The notes beneath the pieces are model-generated. The model searched no databases. It was not told the origin of the DNA and was given only the letters and a program-made list of their open reading frames with translations. The translations under genes were made by a program, and so were the position numbers. Of a stretch of DNA of 64,000 bases, positions 62,612-64,000 are shown in pieces (positions within the stretch are counted from its first letter, which is position 1; the number at the start of each line of letters is the position of its first letter). This stretch comes from Cetorhinus maximus (lineage: Eukaryota): assembly GCF_964194155.1 (NCBI RefSeq), contig NC_135888.1:35712001-35776000 (forward strand). Reading direction: 5' to 3'.

Positions 62612-64000
62612 ATGGTTCAAGTTTGTTTCCCTTCGAACTAGTTTGCATAATCAAATCTACAATAAACCAACGCTACTGGGTATCATAATAAAAAAATAGT
62701 TATTTTTGTAATTTTATTCTTTGCATTAAGTATTATTCATTAGTGTTTTTACAAGCAGCATGAATAAAACTGGTGTTTTAGAGTTAAAAACTGTTTTTAT
62801 TAAAAATAAACATAAGTGCTTATCCCTACCCATGAGCAACCAGATTGTAAAACACTGAAAATGGTTTTACTAGTAGCATTTACTAGTTTCATTAGTTATA
62901 CTGTTTCTTCGTAAATTTTTTTTTTAAGATTTAAAAACTTTTAAAAGTGCCCTTGTACCTAAAAATATGAGCTGAATTTGAAGAGGTCCCTCCATCAGCT
63001 GCAAACAGGCACAATTAGTGAGAACTTGTCCTAGTGTTTATTTTGATCCAGGGGCAGGACCAGCTTTATGTAGAGGGCCAGCTTCCAGCAGAATGGGTTT
63101 TAAAATCGCACTAATGATCGCAGGAACACGACTTAGGCTCAACAAAACTTGCACTTGTGAACCTTTGTGCTGGCTTGGCCGATTTTCAGGCGGACTAGCA
63201 CAAACAATAACAATCAATCTCCATAAACTACTTTTGGGAAGATAGAATACTTTACAGAAGTCTGGGTAGCCTTGAGATCCAAAGCAAACTCACTCCTATC
63301 CATTTATTTTGTACAATACATAAAATCTCCATGTCAACAGGTATTGTTTTTCTGAAGACTTGAGGGTTCTTTGATGTTTTCAATGATTAAGACTCCAATT
63401 GCACTACCAAGGCACATTCCCGTAAATATATTATACACTGATACTTGACTTCCATAATGACAGGAGGCTACTGAGGTTGGATGCCAGAAGCTCATTTTTC
63501 GAGGAATCCCTGATCGACTGATGGGACAGTTGTTACACCAAATTATAACAACCTTTTTATAGAAGCTAGCGATGACATGCTCAGATAAAGCTCTATGTTT
63601 CATTACTTACTGTGTTCGGGGTACCTAAAGTGAAGATACAAGCTTATGTGAATGTGGAGCCTGTGAGAGATTGTTAGCAAAGTATTCTTTCAAACTTGGA
63701 ACTGGCTATGAATCTAGCCCAGAATAAGGATATATCGGGTTAGATATTAAACCCCTCACGATAAGGACCCAGCAGCAGTTTTGCAGCAATGAGTAGCATG
63801 CTATGCGAGTGTTGTGTAGAAGGGAAGCCGGCATGGGAGCACTCCTGCTCCACCTGACCCACAAGGAATGCCCTAAAAAGAATTAGCTTCTAGAACCTGA
63901 AGGTCCCACTTCCATTTTAAAAAGAATCTTAAAATTCTTGACAAGGGAATTGCTGAGAGGCTGTCCCTCCCTGCATGGAAAATCTAGAACTAGGGGTCAT

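Overview
Eukaryotic, repeat-rich, gene-poor DNA. The repeat complement (CR1 LINEs with octamer tails, CR1/Zenon-like LINEs, L2, DeuSINE-like SINEs, Penelope-like elements, PIF/Harbinger transposons) suggests a cartilaginous fish (shark); this is inference. I can support no intact host protein-coding gene, and essentially every recognisable ORF is a decayed transposon protein. Main contents: (i) a near full-length CR1 lacking its RT core (7356-10684) and a 5'-truncated CR1 (55604-57706); (ii) an apparently ORF1-less LINE whose 5' end is a tRNA-like head (1345-3815), with a matching SINE beside it; (iii) five large Harbinger-type elements, one complete with convergent transposase and 3-exon Myb/SANT genes (40308-44465) and two that keep the Myb gene but have a purine-rich tract where the transposase should be, plus MITEs; (iv) several Penelope fragments with minimal hammerhead-ribozyme motifs, including a 236-bp fold-back element with a 15-bp TSD; (v) a solo LTR with 64-bp tandem repeats; (vi) two locally templated insertions. 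Family names come from motif recognition by eye, not database searches. Boundaries of decayed repeats are approximate.
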